A DNA stretch of 64,000 bases from Macrostomum lignano (taxonomy: Eukaryota). The stretch lies in NCBI GenBank assembly GCA_002269645.1, contig NIVC01000084.1:744001-808000 (forward strand), written 5' to 3'. Both the position numbers and the translations under genes were made by a program. The notes beneath the pieces are model-generated. The model did not search any database. It was given only the letters and a program-made list of their open reading frames with translations, and was not told the DNA's origin. This document shows, piece by piece, positions 58,701 to 64,000 of the stretch (positions within the stretch are counted from its first letter, which is position 1; the number at the start of each line of letters is the position of its first letter).

Positions 58701-58827
58701 GGATCAGAATGAGGCCTGGCCTGTACAGCTCAGCAATCTTCATCAGATTTACTGACGCAGATACGCAATGCTGTAAATTTATTTGCAGACAGAATGTCGC
58801 TCCTTTGACAGCGTTGAGCTTAGCCAT
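55755..58827 (-). pseudogene. LINE ORF2 (AP endonuclease, reverse transcriptase, partial RNase H, C-terminal CCHC), frameshifted
   Basis: QINLQH / LIQEPW (APE); PGPDGIYP, QHAFRTGRST, FLDIVGAFDNV, PKGGVLTP (alternate frame), GYADDV (RT); CYTDGSK (RNase H N-terminus); CSFC...EHFVSICP. Confidence 0.9.
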
Positions 58828-59163
58828 ACTGTACTAAATGCAAGATTGGCTCGAACCCCGGGCCATCAAGGAGACTTGGACAACAGTTCGTCCTCGTCCC
58901 AGGCCGTTGGGGCTTGACTGGGAGATGAGAGTTGGTCGACGTCCATGGTCTCCTCACCCCACCAGCCCCCCCCCCCCCAGCAGATTCCTCGGGCTCCGAT
59001 GACAGGATAGAGGAGGTTTTCTCATCTGCATTTTTGCCCTCAGACCCCACCAGGGTGGCCGAGGAGAGCTCGGATTCCGAAGACCCGGCCTCGTCCTCAT
59101 CCTGCTGGCAGGTTCGGCTACCGGGGCTTGACCGGAGCCGTCACCGAAGTCGCCGAATTGCTG

Positions 59164-59898
59164 CTAGCATAGGGGCGAGATGCATGCAGCTTCGGCTTTG
59201 GGATCGGCTTGCGCCTTTCCTTGGGCCTCAGACTGCGCCCCGCTCTTGCCGGAGATTCCGGGGTTGGCAGTAGCCTTCCCTTTGGCAGATTTTCCTCGGC
59301 GCAGCTTGAGCTTGAGGGCACCCAGCTGGAAAGAAGATCCATTAGGGTACCGACTCGCCCAAGCGTTGGAAAGGCCGAAGACGATTGAATTGCCCGTTTC
59401 CCCCCTGCGGACCTTGCGGTGATACACCAGTCCACTAGCAGGGAGATCGGGATTCAGGCGCAGTAGGACCCGTCGGACAACGTCTGGTCCAGCTACGGTG
59501 CTCTTGGCAGGGACAAAAACCACGTAGGGTATTGTCTTTGGACGCTGGCCTTCGCGAAGAAAAAGGGCTCCGCCGAGGTCAGCATCCAAGAAGACCGTCG
59601 GCAGCCGCTGGAGCAACTTCTGAGAGTCCTCCTCACTGCTAGGAGCAATAAGAACGAATGTGCTTCGCAGCACCATCCGCTCAATGCCGATGGAGATTCC
59701 CTCCTCGACAGTCAGCCCAATCAGATAGGAATCAATAGCACTCCACACTTTTTGAAGCTGAAAAGTGGTCCAGTCCTGGTCGCGACCTTGAATAATCACT
59801 CCCGGGATTCTGGCCTTGGCCTTCGCCGCAAAGGTAGCTCCCGAAGGAAACTCCTTGTTGGCTTGTTGGCAGTGGCCATGAAGAGTTCGCTTTAGCAT
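59164..59898 (-). CDS. LINE ORF1 C-terminal part (resembles the DUF4780-type ORF1 of LOA elements)
   Basis: 244-aa ORF upstream of ORF2; LLRLNPDL...VFGL...FQLG pattern; family assignment is from memory, not from a search. Confidence 0.6.
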   Translation of the reverse strand: MLKRTLHGHCQQANKEFPSGATFAAKAKARIPGVIIQGRDQDWTTFQLQKVWSAIDSYLIGLTVEEGISIGIERMVLRSTFVLIAPSSEEDSQKLLQRLPTVFLDADLGGALFLREGQRPKTIPYVVFVPAKSTVAGPDVVRRVLLRLNPDLPASGLVYHRKVRRGETGNSIVFGLSNAWASRYPNGSSFQLGALKLKLRRGKSAKGKATANPGISGKSGAQSEAQGKAQADPKAEAACISPLC

Positions 59899-59901
59899 AC
59901 T

Positions 59902-61026
59902 AGAGAGAGAGAGAGGGGAAAGGAGAGAGAGAAAGAGAAGAGAGAGAGAGAGAGAGAATTACGTCTAGTGTATAAACGCTCGAACTCCCACTTCCAGACC
60001 CTAAGCCTGGGAACAAAATTGTAGTGCACTTGCTGTTGCGGGCTCCTCTTCTTCGTCGGGCAGGTTCTCCGAGCTCGTTCCTTGTTTCTTCTTCTTTGTT
60101 GCGCGCGTGTGTAGAACTTGCTTCTTCCTATCTTCTTCTCCGGAGGAATCTTCTTGAAGTCTAGAATCGGCCGAAAGTGAGAGCGTAACAATAAAATCGA
60201 CGTCGCAGTATTTCCTCGAGTGCCGAAATCAATATCAACGATGCGCCCTAATAACAAAATCAACTTCTATAATAACGCGAGGTCCTCCAAAAGGGCGTCT
60301 TCTTCTAGAACTAACGGAATCGGAGTAGTGTACTCCTATCGGTTAATCTAGGATAACCAAAATCAATCAATCGATAATCCTCTAAGGGTATCGGAATCGG
60401 TCCGCAGATCCTATCCAATCCCTTAGTAAAATGGGAGGCCTCAAACTCAATAGACTCAATAAAATCAACTGAACAGTAACGGCCGGCAATAACAATCGCT
60501 CTTAATAATCAAAATAACGAAGTCTCGAACAAAGCTTACCAATTGGTGTTTATCTCTTCCTCAGAGATGTAGCCTCGTTTGGCTGCTCTTGCAAGCTCCA
60601 AGATCTTTAGAGGCTGCTCCGAGTCTGAGATTTCAGCTCGGATTTCGCGTTTGTATTTATACACAGTTTGTCGGCCTTGAGTCGACCTTGAGCTCAAAAC
60701 CGGTTTTTTAATGAGTTCACGAAAGGAATTTTATTATTTGACAGGTGGGGTTTTTGAATAGAAAATGGTGAGACTTGGGTCATATTTACCATATTTGGAA
60801 GTTCTAAAAATAGATGTCGAAAACCGTTTTTTTCGAACAATAGCATAGCCACTCGCTGTTTGCGTGATATTACTGGTATTACTAAAAATAGAGTATGACA
60901 CATAGCTATTTTTATATTTGCCACTCGCTGTTTGCGTGATATTACTTGTATTACTAAAAATAGAGTATGACGTGTAGCTATTTTTAATTTTGTATTCATA
61001 ATTTTATGTTACTACTTTTAGTAGGC
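59902..61026 (-). mobile_element. Nested 1.1-kb insertion in LINE ORF1, family unknown
   Basis: AT-richer block with a (CT)n end between two GC-rich ORF1 parts; TACT on both sides; its removal fuses ...ISKHS to MLKRTLH in frame. Confidence 0.55.
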
Positions 61027-63039
61027 TACTGTGTTTGGAGATCTCTACAGCCATTTGTTGCGCCGTGGTTTCGGCCTCAGCAGCCGCGGCAGCATCTCCA
61101 GGGAGCGCCGCCGCTAAACTATCGGAGCTTACACCGGCCGGCCCGTCTGGTTGCCTTGGGACGCCAGTCGCTTCAGCATCCATGGTGGGCGCCGCCGCTT
61201 TGCCCCCGCAGCTTCCTTCTTGACCTGCCGCTTGGCGCGTTTGCTTAGCGCGTTTGCGCTCAAGCCGAGCTCGTTGAGCTTCGTCGGATCTGCCAGATTT
61301 GGCCAGTCTTTTAGGCTCAGAGCTCGCGGTTCCCTTAGATCCACCAGCAGAGCTGGCAGGTCTTTGGGTATTTTGAGTTTGGTAGCTCTGGTCGGATCTG
61401 CCAGCAGAGCCAGCCGGTCCTTCCTTTGCCACAGTTGAATCAGTCGGTTGGGATCTGCCAGCAGGGCCGGCCGGTCCTTCGGACTGAGGTTAGGGTTTAG
61501 AAGAGTCCCCGTCACTAGATATAGCTTTATTATCCATAGTCGGCTCGAAGGCCATGATAAAGGTTGGTGGGCTACCCTCGAAGGGGCCAATAGAACCCTC
61601 AAGGCTGGCCCGACACCAGGAGGGGGACCGCTTGCGACCGGACTACTCCCCGGCCTTCCAGCCCATCGGCACGGTCAAACACCTTAGGCATTAGAGAGTA
61701 CGTTGAGCAGTACCACGGCCTGCGGACTGGCGAGCCAGACCCGCATACCCAAGTTCGGCAAGAGCCACTGGATGGGTCCCCAGCGCCGAAGCCCAGTCTG
61801 TTCGGCAGTCCTAGGGTCTGCCTTGAACACTCGCGGGGACGGGTACCCTGGGTCGACTTGCGAGACAGCGTGGGGGGGGGGAGTCTGCGGCTGCCAGAGG
61901 CAAATAGAGGGTGCAGACCTCCCACCGGCCTTTACCTGCTGAAGATGGGGGCAGGCATGAAGCATCGCAGACCCTTGGGCCTGCGATGTCTGTCTCATAC
62001 TTCACTGGCATGCTGAATACGCCCGTGCGAGCCGCTACTAGGGGGACAACTGACTACTAAGAACGGGAAAATGGCGATTCATTCAAAAAATCATCGGAGT
62101 CTGATTTGATACACTTTCTCCTGATTTCATTGTTTTATGTAGGACATTCAATTTTACACACAGTGTGCCTGAGTTTTCCCTCTTTTAACTTATCCTGTTC
62201 TCAGAATGTCATCCAACCACTTTTACACCAGAAACACAATTGGAATTGCGTTTGGGCTTGATCAAGTATATTTCTCTATAGGGTACACCAAGAGCGTTGC
62301 CATGGGTTTTATGATGGGGGGGGGACAAAACCAAGAATTCTACACGTGCATGACTGAATTCCAGCATGTACATTATTTTTGAGAATCCGTGTTGTTAGCA
62401 CTCATTTCGGCGCCGCAGGCATTCTTTTTGGCCCCCTGTCGCCCCCAGTGGCGCTGCACCTGGGTCTTACCTGCAATCACTTCTCGCATCTACGTCATTT
62501 GGCCCACGCAGCCATACCTCACGTGCAAAAAAACATTACTAGAGAGCGGCTTCTACTCAAAATACAACTGTATCTTCCAAACAGATATCGCAAAGACTTG
62601 CTATTTTTTGTCCTAGAAACAAGACTGGCATACACAAATTGCAAATCTTCTGTCTCTAACAACGGATCCGTTGCAACCGTTCATTCCAAAAAGAGACTTT
62701 TTTCGCACTCGATTGAGCTAGAAAATACCGATTTTGCGAATTGGAAGACGAAAAAATGTTTTTGCTTGACAGTTTTAAAACTATTTTTGAAACTGAAAAA
62801 TAGAATTGACAGAATCTAAGCAAACTTTTACTGTTGACGTCAATTTGCGTAACGATCAATGCTTGGCCAAGTCTTGTCTTTGCTCAGGACGAAAATCAAC
62901 CCTCGTCAGAAACTTCGCAAATTAACATCTTGTCATATTGCTACTTTTTATTTATGGCTCAACAAACAGAGAGACAAGAATCCTTGGTTAAATGCTCCTT
63001 TATTTTCATCTGCGTTTCTCGAATGCAAAGACGTGTCAC

Positions 63040-63730
63040 ACTGGGCACTGACTTCTGCGTCACCCACTGCCTTCTGCGTCACCCACTGCCTCCTGTGTCA
63101 CCCACTGCCTCCTGTGTCACCCACTGCCTTCTGCGTCACCCACTGCCTCCTGTGTCACCCAATGCCTTCTGTGTCACCCACTGCCTCCTGTGTCACCCAC
63201 TGCCTCCTGTGTCACCCACTGCCTCCTGTGTCACCCACTGCCTTCTGCGTCACCCACTGCCTCCTGTGTCACCCAATGCCTTCTGTGGGACCCACTGCCC
63301 CTGTGCCACCCACTGCCTCTTGTGTCACCCACTGCCTCCTGTGTCATCCACTGCCTTCTGTGGGACCCACTGCCTCTTGTGTCACCCACTGCCTTCTGCG
63401 TCACCCACTGCCTCCTGTGTCACCCACTGCCTTCTGCGTCACCCACTGCCTCCTGTGTCACCCACTGCCTTCTGTGGGACCCACTGTCTTCTGTGTCACC
63501 CACTGCCTTCTGCGTCACCCACTGCCTCCTGTGTCACCCTCTGCCTTCTGTGTCACCCACTGCCTCCGGTGTCACCCTCTGCCTCCAGTGTCACCCACTG
63601 CCTCCTGTGTCACCCACTGCCTCTTGTGTCACCCACTGCCTCTTGTGTCGCCCACTGCCTCCTGTGTCACCCACTGCCTCCTGTGTCACCCTCTGCCTCC
63701 TGTGTCACCCACTGCCTCCTGTGTCACCCA
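63040..63730. repeat. Minisatellite, 19-bp unit (ccactgcctcctgtgtcac)
   Basis: Tandem units visible. Confidence 0.95.
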
Positions 63731-64000
63731 CTTACCGTTAGAATGGTAATCAAGTGCTGAGGTGTTCGTGTCAGTTTTTCCTATTTTTCGTTATTTACAT
63801 ATTTTCATTTAGTAGCAAATATATATTTTTGCCTGCCTTGGAAAAATGCCCAATAGTCAAACACAGCAGACTTTTTAGCCCTGGCTCACCGCCCAGAACG
63901 CTTGGTGCAAGGCAAGCAGAGTACGCTCGAACTGTCTGAGTACGATCTGTCTGGCAGGCTGTTTATCTGCTGATGCGCGATCCCGAATCCCGAGTGGAGT

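Larger units (their letters stand above)
55653..62032 (-). mobile_element. Full-length but decayed non-LTR retrotransposon, APE-RT-RNase H type (LOA/Lian-like clade)
   Basis: 13-bp TSD CGCTACTAGGGGG at 55640-55652 and 62033-62045; 3' tail (TAAGTCAAG)2; ORF1-like and ORF2 fragments on the minus strand. Confidence 0.88.

Noticed and set aside
59900-61042. Nested insert read as a Helitron (A|TC...CTAG|T)
   Set aside because: There is no subterminal GC hairpin before the CTAG, and excision at these ends would not restore the ORF1 frame, unlike the TACT-flanked boundaries.
55535-62011. Numerous plus-strand and alternate-frame ORFs within the LINE
   Set aside because: They are antisense or frameshift by-products of a GC-rich retroelement and show no independent domains.

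Overview
Eukaryotic (metazoan) genomic DNA with GC-rich exons, AT-rich spacers and very dense minisatellites. The style recalls the flatworm Macrostomum, but that is inference only. Five protein-coding genes can be assembled with canonical GT-AG splice sites: (1) an orphan Lys/Arg/Ser/Asp-rich RS-like protein (+, 435-5062, 2 exons); (2) an intronless LicD/fukutin-family transferase (+, 10940-12112); (3) an SLC20/PiT phosphate transporter (+, 19009-24881, 8 exons); (4) a DLK/LZK (MAP3K12/13)-type kinase with a non-RD catalytic loop (-, 35881 to 30130, 4 exons, last inferred); (5) a novel-class PKC epsilon/eta (-, 53058-45824, 4 exons). Mobile elements: a decayed full-length LOA-like LINE with a 13-bp TSD and a nested 1.1-kb insert, a foldback/Mutator-like non-autonomous element with a 9-bp TSD, and one or two MITEs. 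The most striking pattern is that 10 of 14 modelled introns hold a distinct tandem array, often abutting a splice site. Many of the units contain splice-junction-like motifs (CAG|GTA, CAG|GTG, GTGAGT, YYYCAG). Several orphan arrays are also bracketed by donor/acceptor signals and may mark unannotated introns. Most ORFs in the supplied track are repeat or antisense artefacts. All gene models were assembled by eye, without RNA-seq or database searches.
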